Assembly: GCF_001194135.2 (NCBI RefSeq)
Contig: NC_068999.1
Coordinates: forward strand, 5,348,031-5,400,750
Direction: 5' to 3'
From: Octopus bimaculoides
Taxonomy: Eukaryota
Length of the DNA: 52,720 nucleotides
The notes beneath the pieces were generated by a model. That model was not told the origin of the DNA. It did no database searches and saw only the letters and a list, made by a program, of their open reading frames with translations. Below are positions 12,378 to 24,003 of this stretch, piece after piece; the first letter of the stretch is position 1, and each line of letters starts with the position of its first letter. The position numbers were made by a program, and so were the translations under genes.

Positions 12378-12866
12378 ATATCATCATCATCATCGTCGTC
12401 GTTTAATGTCTGCTTTCCATGCTAGCATGGGTTGGACGATTTGACTGAGGACTGGTGAAACCGGATGGCAACACCAGGCTCCAATCTAATTTGGCAGAGT
12501 TTCTACAGCTGGATGCCCTTCCTAACACCAACCACTCAGAGAGTGTAGCGGGTGCTTTTACGTGTCACCAGCACGAAGGCCAGTCAGGCGGTACTGGCAA
12601 CGGCCACGCTCAAAATGGTGTCTTTTATGTGCCACCCGCACAAGAGCCAGTCCAGGGGCACTGGCAACAATCTCGCTCGAAAATCCTATGAAGGCCAGTC
12701 AGGCGGTACTGGCAACGGCCACACTCAAAATGGTGCATCTTATGTGCCAACCGCACAAGAGCCAGTCCAGGGGCACTGGCAACGATCTCACTTGGCTTGC
12801 CGAGTCTTCTCACGCACAGCACATTTCCAAAGGTCTCGGTCGTAGTCATCGCCTCGGTGAAGCCTG
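12378..12866 (-). mobile_element. 5'-truncated RTE-clade LINE 3' end with (GAT)n tail and internal 115-bp duplication
   Basis: Minus strand reads ...FTEAMTT.DRDLWKCAVREKTRQAK*, matching the ORF end at 44100-44140; 3' UTR nearly identical to 44350-44535. Confidence 0.85.
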
Positions 12867-12960
12867 TGAGAGATACTCTTTTATTTGGGTGGCTGTATCC
12901 TTCGGCTGTCACATCTTACTTTGAGCACCAACTTAAAAGCTTCTGTTTTTATCTTCCCAG

Positions 12961-13032
12961 GATATTGAAAGAAAACACAAAGAGATTCTCGAAAGTTATA
13001 ACGAACTTGAAAAGGAAGTTTCTTCATTAAAA
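12961..13032 (+). CDS. GCC2: GCC2 exon, 72 nt: DIERKHKEILESYNELEKEVSSLK
   Basis: ttcccag acceptor, AAA|gtaaga donor, phase 0-0. Confidence 0.88.
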
Positions 13033-13251
13033 AGTAAGAAAAAAGTAAGTATCTTTCTGCTTTTCCACTCATTATAATTTAACGATGAGTAAAAGAAGTA
13101 CATGAATTCTTTATATCATTTTATTTGATAATTTTTTTTTTTTTTATCTTTGTGTGTTAATGTGACATATTCTTTAAATATAAACCATTGACTTATAACA
13201 ACACTCTTTGATCATTCTACCTATCTTCAAGCATTAGAGGATCTCAAAGCA

Positions 13252-13615
13252 GATAATCATCATTTAATGTCCGCTTTCCATGCTGGCATGGGTTAGACGG
13301 TTTGACTGGAAGTGGTAAGCCAAAGAGCTGCATCACATTCCAGTCTGTTTTGGCATGGTTTCTATGGCTGGTTGCCCTTCTTAATGCCAACCACTCCAAG
13401 AGTGTAATGCATGCTTTTTATGAACCACTGACAAAGGTACCAGTTATGTGATGCCGGCATCAGCCATGACTATGTCTCTTTCTAAGCATGGCACATTGCC
13501 AACGGTCTTAGTCACTTGTCATCCCTTCTGTGAGGCCCAACATTTGAAGGGTGCTTTTTATGTGCCACTGGTACGGGTGCCAGTTATGTGACACCAGCGT
13601 CAGCCACAACTAAGA
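13252..13615 (-). mobile_element. Older RTE-family 3' UTR copy
   Basis: catttaatgtccgctttccatgctggcatgggtt...gcccttcttaatgccaaccactc. Confidence 0.7.
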
Positions 13616-13865
13616 TATAACAGGACTTTTTAATGGTTATGAGGGTCCGTCTTTGTAAAATAAAAATCTAAGGGTTCCATAGGTAAAAAATGGTCAAGAA
13701 CCAGAGTTCTATAGTAACAGAAGCCAGTGGTTGTCACAGTTTGAACTTGTGACCCTGCAATCAGTAATCCTATAAAAGACAACAACTTTGCTTTATATTC
13801 CGCTGAAAATGTTAGAATTTTATCTGATCTTTTCTTTTTTTTTTTTTCATTCATTTCTTTTCCAG

Positions 13866-13970
13866 GAGCTTGATGAACAAAATGAATGTTTGCATATGAA
13901 GAATGAGACTTTATCTACATCGTATCACTTTATGCAAGAAGAACAAGACAGAATTGTCTTGGAAAATAAG
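13866..13970 (+). CDS. GCC2: GCC2 exon, 105 nt: ELDEQNECLHMKNETLSTSYHFMQEEQDRIVLENK, ending at a GC donor
   Basis: tttccag acceptor; AAG|gcaagt donor keeps frame with the next exon. Confidence 0.82.
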
Positions 13971-14074
13971 GCAAGTTAGGGTGCCAGAAAAATTAATATA
14001 TTTGAGAGAAATTTCTGTAATATTTACCTGTTGTAATACTGTGGTTATGATGTGGACGATAAATTGACTGTAGG

Positions 14075-14450
14075 TTCAGGCATGGCTGAGGTGGTTAGAG
14101 CGTCAAGCTTACAATCATGAGGTGGTTAGAGCGTCGAGCTTACAATCATGAGGTTGTGAGTTCGATTCCCGGACCGGGCTGTGTGTTGTGTTCTTGAGCA
14201 AGACACTTTATTTCACATTGCTCCAGTTCACTCAGCTGTAGAAATGAGCTGCGACGTCACAGGTGCCAAGCTGTATCGGCCCCTTTGCCTTTCCCTTGGA
14301 TAACACTGGTGGTGTGGAGAAGAGAGGCTGGTATGCATGGGCAACTGTTGGTCTTCCATAACCAACCTTGCCTGGACTTGTGCCTCTGAGGGTCACTTTC
14401 TAGGTGCAATCCCATGGTCAGTCATGACCAAAGGGGGTCTCAGATCTCAT
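14075..14450 (+). mobile_element. SINE family C (tRNA head, ttcttgagcaagacacttt core) with a duplicated 31-bp head segment
   Basis: A box tggttagagcg, B box gagttcgattccc. Confidence 0.8.
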
Positions 14451-14553
14451 GATGTATCTCATCTCAGAATACCAAATGTGTCAAAATTGAACATGTTAAA
14501 ATTCTATAAACAACTTTTTTTTTTTATTTATTGGTTTTCTTTAAACTTTCCAG

Positions 14554-14730
14554 GAACTGAAGGACCAAATCAATGTGCTGACGTCTGCTCATGATGAAAC
14601 CTTACTTTCTCTGAAAGAACTCAAAGCCCAATGCTCCGAGAACAAAGGCTTGAATTCTGAAATGGAAGATTTGAACAAGCAATGTGAAGAATTAGAAGCA
14701 AAAGTTAAAAACGCTGAATCAGAAAGCGAA
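14554..14730 (+). CDS. GCC2: GCC2 exon, 177 nt: ELKDQINVLTSAHDETLLSLKELKAQCSENKGLNSEMEDLNKQCEELEAKVKNAESESE
   Basis: tttccag acceptor, GAA|gtaagt donor, phase 0-0. Confidence 0.9.
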
Positions 14731-15100
14731 GTAAGTGAATAAATAATGATTTATTCCATCTGGGAAAAATGGTTCACAAATATAAATAATATTCTTCTTG
14801 GGAAATTCTTTAAAATCAAAGTAAATTTTGTAAAATCTCTCTAAAACAATTATTTAGAATAACATTGTAATTCAAATCAAGCAAATTAGAAATTTGAAAC
14901 TTTTTTTTTGTTGAATTTTATTTACATTTAGCAGCATCAAAATGAACAGAAATGTGACCTTAGCTTATGCTTAGAAGGAGTTCTTAGCCTCACTGCAAGA
15001 AGTTACAGTTGACTCTATAGCACTTACCTTCTTTTAGGTCAAAATTTTGATGAGATGATTCATTACTAGTTACTATCATTATTATTATTATTATTATTAT

Positions 15101-15417
15101 TTACTTTTAATCGGCATGTTTGTTACAACCACTTGCTGAGACATACCCAGCATCCCAGGGCAAGTAAAGAATAAGAGATGGTACAGTATGACTGAAAACT
15201 TGGGGGAGGGGAAGTGGCAGGGGCAGTAGTGAAATATTTTCATGTAATACAACACATGCATTTAAATTAATAGGGTTTTCTAAGGATGTGGGCAGTACTT
15301 GTCAACACAATCTTTTGAACTTCTCTGAGACATGGTTCTCCTGGGATATTATCTAGATGTTTCTGACATCCCTTTCTTATCATACCAAGGGCATCCACGA
15401 TAACAGGAACAGTTCTC
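15101..15417 (-). mobile_element. 5'-truncated R4/Dong-like (RLE) non-LTR retrotransposon fragment inside (TAA)n
   Basis: Encodes RTVPVIVDALGMIRKGCQKHLDNIPGEPCLREVQKIVLTSTAHILRK; (ATT)n tracts on both sides. Confidence 0.72.
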
Positions 15418-15463
<46 letters not shown>

Positions 15464-15464
<1 letters not shown>

Positions 15465-15740
15465 AAGGTGGTGAACTGGCAGAATTGTTAGCATGCTTAG
15501 CAGCATTTTGCCCATTGCTATGTTCTGAGTTCAAATTCTGCTGAGGTCGACTTTGCCTTTCATCCTTTCGTGGTTGATAAAATAAGTACCAGTTGAGTAC
15601 TGGGGTCAATGTAANNNNNNNNNNNNNNNNNNNNNNNNNNNNNNNNNNNNNNNNNNNNNNNNNNNNNNNNNNNNNNNNNNNNNNNNNCAAAACCCCCCCC
15701 CCCCCAATATCAGGATTTGTGCCTCTGGTAGATAGGATTA
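15464..15740 (+). mobile_element. SINE family A (spans a gap)
   Basis: aaggtggtgaactggcagaattgttagc...gagttcaaattc. Confidence 0.75.
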
Positions 15741-16249
15741 TTATTATCACAATCCTGCAGAAGATTGCTTTCCTTAAGAGTCAGATGTGATTTCTTGTCT
15801 AGTTTGCATCCATTTGTGGCACTAAATTGGTAAATGGTAGAATATCTTGCATGATTTCACAAGTTTTCTTGTTTCTTTTGCCAAAGCAAAAAAAAAAAAA
15901 ATCACTGATAAATTAAAAAAAAAATAATAAAATAGAAAAGTTTTTGTTCTTTTTTGCTTGTTTGAGTTTAAATGTTCAGGTTTTCTTTAGTTTCTTGAAT
16001 ATGTGTAAGTTTTATTCCTGACGATAGATTCCAATAAGTTTGGCGGAGTTTAATGTTTGAATCGCTGTTTAGTTTTATAGTTTTAGTTTTTTGTATGTAC
16101 ACATGTATAACTATATACTGAACCATACATACTCATACTTAGACATACACACTCATATACATACCTATACACATTCCCATACGCAAACACATATATCTAC
16201 GAGTCACTCACTCACACACACACACACACGCACACATATTTACACACAG

Positions 16250-16400
16250 CAGGCTTCTTTCAGTTTCGATCTACCAAATCCACTCACAAGGATTTTGTTG
16301 GCCAGACTATGGAAGATACTTGCCCAAAGTACCACGCAATGGAACTGAACCCAAAAGCATGTGGTTGAGAAGCCAACTTCTTGCCACACAGCCATGCCTG
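16250..16400 (-). mobile_element. SINE family B head
   Basis: ggcttctttcagtttc...ttgcccaaagtaccacgcaatggaactgaaccc. Confidence 0.7.
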
Positions 16401-17339
16401 TCCAGTAACATTGACTAACCTTATCCTTTGACTATCTTGCCTCTCCCCTTTTTAAGTGTGTGTATGTGCTAATGTATGTGTGTACATTAACATTTTAGTC
16501 CCCGCCCACTTCTACGCCCATCCATACTTATGTACCTGCACGCACTCATTCACCCAGACACATTCACACACTCGCTCCCACACACCCATTGACCCACATG
16601 ACCATACACCTCATACACACACATACATACACATAGATACACATAAATACACATAAATACACATACATCCATACATACACATACATACATACATGCTATG
16701 ATCATAATTGTTGTCATAAACAGCAGTAAATTATTATTTGAAGCATTCACCTAAACAAGCCATATTCAAATTATGTGTGTACATACACACACACACACAC
16801 TTGTATATATACTCACACATGTATATGCATATACGCACATACATGTATATATGCACACACACACATATACACACGCACATATATACACACTTGCACACAC
16901 ACAGACACACACTTGTGTACACTTGTTAATTTATTATTAGTTAATGATTTTCATGTTTTTTTACATAGATTTTTTTATATGTATTTTTATGATGCATGTG
17001 TATACATACATATATGTACATATATATATATATATATATACATACATGCTGTTTGTGTTATCTGTATTATTGCACAACCTGCATGCTGCCTGCTTACAGC
17101 TTTTGCATGCTTCCAAAATTCTTAATTTTTTTTTTTTTATTATTTATCTCACAACACTTTTTTTCTTTTTTTAATAGCACTTGATTTGCTGTCAATTAAT
17201 TTTCTTTTCTTTAGTTAATTAAGAGGACAAAAAAAAAAAAAACCCAACAATTTCAAACAAAACAACATTACTCTTTCTGACCACTCTGTGACTTATTAGC
17301 CCCGTGGTGGGGTTAGTTGCATAGTTATAATAATGATGG

Positions 17340-17610
17340 ACTCGTGTTCGGCTTTTGCTGAATGATCTGCACAAATGATTTGTGTATAGGGATCAAATGT
17401 ATGTACCGTACATTAGCTCATTCTCTCCATCAAATTCACATTACCTGAACAGGTGCATGGTGTGCCACACGTCAGGTGTCGAAGTGATCGTAAAGCAACG
17501 TGAGATGAAGTGTTTTGCTCAAGAACACAACACATCGCCCGGTCTATGAATTGAACCCACGACTGCTAGATCATGAGTGCAATGTTCTAACCACTAGACC
17601 ATGCATCCTC
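17340..17610 (-). mobile_element. SINE with a family C-type head and a different body
   Basis: Minus strand: ggtctagtggttagaac...gggttcaattc...gttgtgttcttgagcaaaacactt. Confidence 0.65.
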
Positions 17611-17651
17611 TACAACAACAACAACAATAATAATAATAATAATAATAATAA

Positions 17652-17899
17652 TGGTTTCAAATTTTGTCACAAGGGTATCAGTTTTTTTTTGGGGGGATGA
17701 GACGATTACATCAACCCCAGTGTTCCACTGGTACTTATTTTGTTGACCCCAAAAGGATGAAAGGCAAAGTTGACCTCAGTGGAATTTGAACTCAGAATGT
17801 AAGAATGGACGAAATGCTGCTAAGCATTTCATCCAGCATGTTAATAATTCTGCCAGTTAACTGGCTTAATAATAATAATTATAATAATAATAATTAATG

Positions 17900-17934
<35 letters not shown>

Positions 17935-18145
17935 CCTTTGTACTATAAACTCTAGGTCTGAAATTCGGGGGGGAGGGGGTCTAGTTGATTACATTGACCT
18001 CAGTGCGTAACTGGTACTTATTTTATTGACCCTGAGAGGATCAAAAGCTATGTTGACCTTGGCTGAATTTGAACTCAGAATGTAAAGTCATATGAAATGA
18101 TGCTAAGCATTTTATCTGGCATGGTAATGATTTTGCCAGCTTACC
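17652..18145 (-). mobile_element. Two tandem SINE family A copies (17652-17867, 17934-18145)
   Basis: Family motifs separated by (AAT)n. Confidence 0.75.
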
Positions 18146-18569
18146 ACAATGACGATGATAATAATAATAATAATAATAATGATAATAATCATCATCATCA
18201 TCATCATCATCATCTAGTGGCGTTTCTTTATTTGCCGCACAATACATACAGAAATATTTACTTCTATATGTATGCATGCCTTTATACATAACGCATTTGT
18301 GAACACACACACATGTACACATAATGTAGTATATGTATATGTATGTGTACGTATAGATGTGTGTGTGTGTGAACTTAGTGTGGTTTAAATGTTTTGATAT
18401 CAACTCACTTGAGACTGCTTTTGGTTCTGTGGTAGAAACTTTTTGTTTGAAAGAGATCAGTGTTAAAATTGTCCACCAAAACTTCACATTAATTTATGTT
18501 CCAAATATCACCTTTTTTTTTTTTTCTTTTTTTTTACTAAATCCTCTATAATTTTCGAAATTCATTAAA

Positions 18570-18903
18570 ATGTGGCATGTAAAAAGCACCATTCAAAGAT
18601 TGGGCCCCATGGAGGGAGTGACAGGTGACCGAGACCTTTGGCGATATACCATGCTTATGTAGACTTGTCAAGAACAAGTGGGACTGTAGTCGTGGCTGAT
18701 GCTGGTCTCAGGTCAATGGCACCTGTGCAGGTGGCACATAAAAAGCACCCACTACACTCTCGGAGTGGTTGGCATTAGGAAGGGCATCCAGCTGTAGAAA
18801 CCTTGCCAAATCAGATCGGAACCTTGTGCAGCTTGCCAGTTTTCAGTCAAACCATCCAACCCATGACAGCATGGAAAACAGACCTTAAATGATGATGATG
18901 ATG
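18570..18903 (+). mobile_element. RTE-family 3' end with (GAT)n tail
   Basis: gaccgagacctttggcg...aaaagcacccactacactctc...gatgatgat. Confidence 0.75.
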
Positions 18904-18960
18904 TACAGACAGTGTGTTTGGTAGTTGGAAACTGAAAATAGCCCGTTATATATATGTACT

Positions 18961-18993
<33 letters not shown>

Positions 18994-19344
18994 CTGTGCA
19001 GCCTTGGCGAGACATTACATGATGGTTGTAAATGAGCATCATTGTCATACAAGTGAGGTTGTTTGTTTCCAGGCCTCCACGAAAAGCAAGTCTGCCCCAG
19101 GGGAAAAAATATCACCTTGTTTGGAAATAGGTGAGGGTTGGCAACAGGAAGTGCATCTGGTTGGAGAAAATTTGGCCTCAATGAATTCCATGTGACCCAT
19201 GCAAGCATGGAAAAGCGGATTAAAAGAAAATTGATGACAACGAGAGGATGACTGGAAAGTGAAGTTCACTCCATTGGAATTTGAACCCTGTGTGTGGAGA
19301 ACCGAATAATATACTACAAGGCATCACATCCAGTGCTCTGATCA

Positions 19345-19735
19345 TCATCATACATCAGTTTTCTATGGTATCATGGGTTGAATAGTTTGACCAGAGTTGG
19401 CAAGGGCCAGGGGATGCACCAGGTTCCATTATCTGTTTGGGCATGGTTTCTACAGCTGGATGCTTCTCCTAATACCAACCATTCTACAGAGTGTACTGGG
19501 TGCTTTTTATCTTATCCCAGTAAGGGAGCTTTTCACATAGGACCAGCACCGATGCTTTTTACGTGGCCCCTAACACAGCTGCTTTTTATGTGCTGCCAGC
19601 ATGGGTGCTTTGTATGTGGTGCAGGAACAGGTGCTTTATGTGTGGCACCAACATGGGTGTCACATTATGTGGCACCAGCACGGGTACTTTTTATGCGGTA
19701 CCAGCACCTGTGGCTTGCAAAACGAGGACCTTTCA
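19345..19735 (-). mobile_element. Degenerate RTE-family 3' UTR with multiplied gcac/aaaagc modules
   Basis: tttctacagctggatgc plus several tgctttttatgtg repeats. Confidence 0.6.
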
Positions 19736-19874
19736 GCTTAGAGAGCGAGTGGACCCGGGGGAAGTGAGCGTGTTGCCAGGCAAGAGGTCACAGTATGGTG
19801 GGGAGGATAGGGATAGCTGTCTTATTACAAAGGAGATACTTGACAACCCCAGAAGGACAAGGAAAGAGAGGAAG

Positions 19875-19906
<32 letters not shown>

Positions 19907-20876
19907 ATTACTCACAGGAAACAGTGTGGGGGAGTATAAGTAGTATAGAGAGGGGATAGAGGGGCATGTTCCATAAGAGTGTGGGGGGGGGGAATATTTA
20001 GAGCTAGCAAGTAATTTAAATAAATACATTGTTAATTACATGAAAAGCTGTTGGCACTGTTTGCAGAAATGTGTGTGAGTATGTGTGCAGGTGTGCACAA
20101 GTGTGTCTGTGTGTCCTCTAAATCTCGTTTACTGCTTGCATTTTGCTGGTTTTTCTTGTTGTTTATTAGTTTTCTTTAATAGCAACTGTGCTTCCTTTTA
20201 TATATTTTTTTTTTGTATATCATATATTTTCTTTCTTTTGTTTTACTTAATTTCTTTTCTCTTTTTTCTTTCTTTCTCTCAAAATTTTTTTCAATTGTTC
20301 TTTGATCTGAAACCCTTTGAAAACATTGGTAAAGTTAAAAACAGTAAAATCCAAACACCCTTTTTTTTTTTTGTTTTGCAAAAACCATTTTTATTGGTTC
20401 TGGTGTTGTTACTTTTACTCTTTGTCGTGATTAAAAATAATATATATTTGTTTCTTATTTTTCTTTAATCAACAAATTATATAACAACAGGTGCAAATTC
20501 TTTAATCTCCATACTGTGGACTTTAGTTATGATTATTTACTGATTCAGACCATTTTAACCCCAACGTCAAAAAAAAAAAAATGGTCTTACTTCAGACCGA
20601 TCAGAAAGTCTCACTGTAGTTGTTAGACCAGCAGCAATGTCTCTCTTAGAATGATATTCTGTAATCTTAAAAAAAGAAAATTGAAACAAAGGAATGAAAC
20701 CGTTTATAATGTAGTCCAAGATAAACTATGTCTGCCAAAAAATAAAAAGATAAAAAATAAAAATAAAGATAAAAGATGAAATGGTTACAGCTGGAACCGC
20801 TTTGATCACATATCTAATGATCTAAGAGCTAAGCAATAAGAGTAACAGCAGCAGAGGGTTTGTGTGTGCATATGTA

Positions 20877-20915
<39 letters not shown>

Positions 20916-21757
20916 CACGCACATAATGCCAAACGCTATAAGGACTAAATTAGTGTTCAAGCTAGATAAAATTCTTAAGACCCAGTGTCTCAGTCATGGG
21001 AGGCATAAACCAGCAGAACAAGAGTTGACCATAAGAAACACACTGGTTGAGCTAAAGAATATATAGTAGTAGTCGTAATAGTAGTAGTATGGGGACATGC
21101 TGTAATAGTGTATCCCTGCATCCACCATTTGTTGGCAGTTCCCTATTACTCTCGGCAGACGACTCTTTTGCACCACTTGGGCAACAGCCCTCTCACCCGT
21201 GGCTCTGTTTGGGTAGTTTTGTTACTGGTGAGGGCCTCATGAAGTCTTTGAGCACAAATCCTACATCAACCACTTTTAGCCACCTTTTATAACATGCAAA
21301 GGAAACGTTGGGTCTATTCTTAAACCAGTTTAGGTTTAATGTTGCCGAGGGGCCATAATATGAATCCTTTAACTGTTGTAATACAGGAATATATTATCAG
21401 AAAAGGTTTGAGCTCGGAATTGGTGAAGTGATTGATCTTTCAGTGGATGAGTGGCCACCCAGCCTCATGGTTGTCAACTGCTCTTCCCTGTCATTGTCAA
21501 TGTAACTCGTATTTCTTTTAGGGTTTACTTGTCTAAATCATTGGATGGCAGCCATGCTGGGGCACCACTTTGGAGGAATTTTGGTCAGAGAAATCAACTC
21601 CCCAATATTATTTTTTTCAAATTCCAATACTTATTCTGTTGGTCGTTTTTGCTGTACTGCTAAGTTAAGGGGACATAAACGAAAACTGGTGTGGGAGAAA
21701 GCGACTTACCTACTCACCTTGAAATTTCTGACTTTGTGCCAAATTTTCAAATCACAT

Positions 21758-21758
21758 G

Positions 21759-21793
<35 letters not shown>

Positions 21794-21813
21794 CATTATT
21801 ATTATTATTATTA

Positions 21814-21868
<55 letters not shown>
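21758..21868. repeat. (ATT)n microsatellite, tail/target of the adjacent Dong-like fragment
   Basis: Direct reading. Confidence 0.95.
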
Positions 21869-21869
<1 letters not shown>

Positions 21870-22202
21870 TACTTTTAATCTGCATATTTGATGCAATCAC
21901 TTGCCGAGACACACCCAGTGTCCTTGGGCGAGCGAAGGATAAAACATGGTACAGTATGACTGAAAGCTTGGGGAAGGGAAGTGGCAGGGGCAGTAGCAAA
22001 ATATCTTCATGTAATACAACACAGAAATTTTAATTGATAAGGTTTTTCTAAGGATGTGGGCAGTACTTGTCAGCACAATCTTTTGGATTTCTCTGAGACA
22101 TGGTTCTCCTGGGTTATTATCCAAATGCTTCTGACATCCCTTTCTTATCATACCTAGGGCACCCATAATAACAGGAACAGTTCTTGCTTTAAAATGCCAC
22201 AT
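21869..22202 (-). mobile_element. Second R4/Dong-like 3' fragment
   Basis: Encodes WHFKARTVPVIMGALGMIRKGCQKHLDNNPGEPCLREIQKIVLTSTAHILRKTL; homologous to 15101-15417. Confidence 0.75.
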
Positions 22203-22302
22203 CTTTTGTATTTCAATTAACAGGTCCTTATATTTACTTAATTTGTCAAATTCCTTTACATTATTATTATTATTATTATTATTATAATTTTATTATTACT
22301 CA

Positions 22303-22750
22303 TAAGGTGGCGAGTTGGCAGAAGCGTTAGCATGCTGGACAAAATGCTTAGTGGTATTTCACCCGTCGCAATATTCTGAGTTCAAATTCCACTGAGGTTG
22401 ACCTTGCCTTTCATCCTTTCGGGTTTGATAAATTAAGTACCAGTTAAACTCTGGGGTCAATGTTATCGACTAGTCCCCTCCCCCAAAATTTCAGGCCTTG
22501 TGACTTTAGTAGAAAGGATTATTATTATTATTATTATTATTATTGTGAGCAGGCCAAATCATTAGAGTGTCGAAAGCAATGCCTTGTGGCATGTCTTCAG
22601 AACTTACATTCTGAGTTCAAATACCGCTGCAGTTAACATTGCCTTTCATCTTTTTGGGGTTGATAAAGTAAATACCAGTTATGCCCTGGGTTTGATATAA
22701 TTGACTGCCCCACCCCCAAATTTCAGGCCTTGTGCCTTTAGAAGAAAGGA
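22303..22750 (+). mobile_element. Two SINE family A copies (22303-22520, 22546-22750)
   Basis: Family motifs and (ATT)n tails. Confidence 0.75.
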
Positions 22751-22835
22751 TGATTATTATTATTATTATCATTATTATTATTAAGGTGGTACATCCAAGT
22801 GCCAGGTATATCGGTCCCTTGTCATCTCGCCTGAA

Positions 22836-23050
22836 CCTTTCTAATATATGCACAAGGCTTGAAATTTTGGTGGAGGGGTTCAGTCAATCACATCGACCCC
22901 AGTACTCGACTGGTACATACTTTATTGTCCCTGAAAGGATGGAAGGGAAAGTCAACTTCGGTGGAATTTGAACTCAGAACACAAAGGTAGATGAAATGCC
23001 GCTAAGCATTTTCCCCAGCATGCTTACCATTCTGACAGCTTGCTGCCTTA

Positions 23051-23108
<58 letters not shown>

Positions 23109-23382
23109 TGTTGGTGCTCCAGTGTAAACACAGCTTTAAAGCTGAAACGCTTTAAAGAAATAATAATAATAATAATATTAATAATAATAATGATAATCAG
23201 GCACAAGGCCTGAAATTTTGGGGGAGAGGACTAGTCGATTATATTAACCCCAGTGTTTCGCTGGTACTTATTTTATCGATGAGTCAACCTCAGCAGAATT
23301 TGAACTCGGGACATAAAGGTGGCCGAAATACTGCTAAGCATTTCACACAGCATGCTAACGATTCTGCCAGCACACCACCTTT
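22836..23382 (-). mobile_element. Two SINE family A copies (22836-23049, 23199-23382)
   Basis: Family motifs in reverse orientation. Confidence 0.75.
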
Positions 23383-23384
23383 AC

Positions 23385-23417
<33 letters not shown>

Positions 23418-24003
23418 AATAATAATAACGATGGAAAATCTATTTTGGGATCTTTTGCTTCTTTGATCTACTTTTTGCTTTTGTATTTGTTTTTTTTTTT
23501 GTATTTTATGTTTCTGTCGATTATAGAATGTTACATATTGATGTATTCTATCAACATAAATATTAAAGCTGTTGTTACACACCCACACACCCACACCCAT
23601 CCACACACCCACCCACATACACGTGTGTTTGTGTGTGTGTATATATATATGTATGTATACATATATATGTACATATATATGTATGTACACATATACATAT
23701 GTATGTATACATATATATATGCATATATGTATGCATGTGTGTGTGTATATATATCAATGTATTTTATTCTCTTGGCATAATTACTACCCTATTTGTTTTC
23801 ACTAAAAATTGGAAAAATTGAATGAACTGTGCAGTTTGCTTGAAAGACAGCTGCGGTAAAATGTGAACGTGTGTATACATACATAGACATGTACACACAC
23901 AACACACACACACACACATATAGATATATGTGCACATACAAACATACATGTATGTATATCTCTTTACAGGGGTCACTTGTTATATAATTGTGATTTATTT
24001 CAG

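Noticed and set aside
13975-13980. GT donor (A|gttagg) as the normal end of exon 13866
   Set aside because: Gives phase 1, incompatible with the only open frame of the next exon; the GC donor fits
14075-14175. tRNA genes at SINE heads (also ~1850, 22303, 35545)
   Set aside because: A and B boxes are present but there is no complete cloverleaf, and each continues into a repeat body
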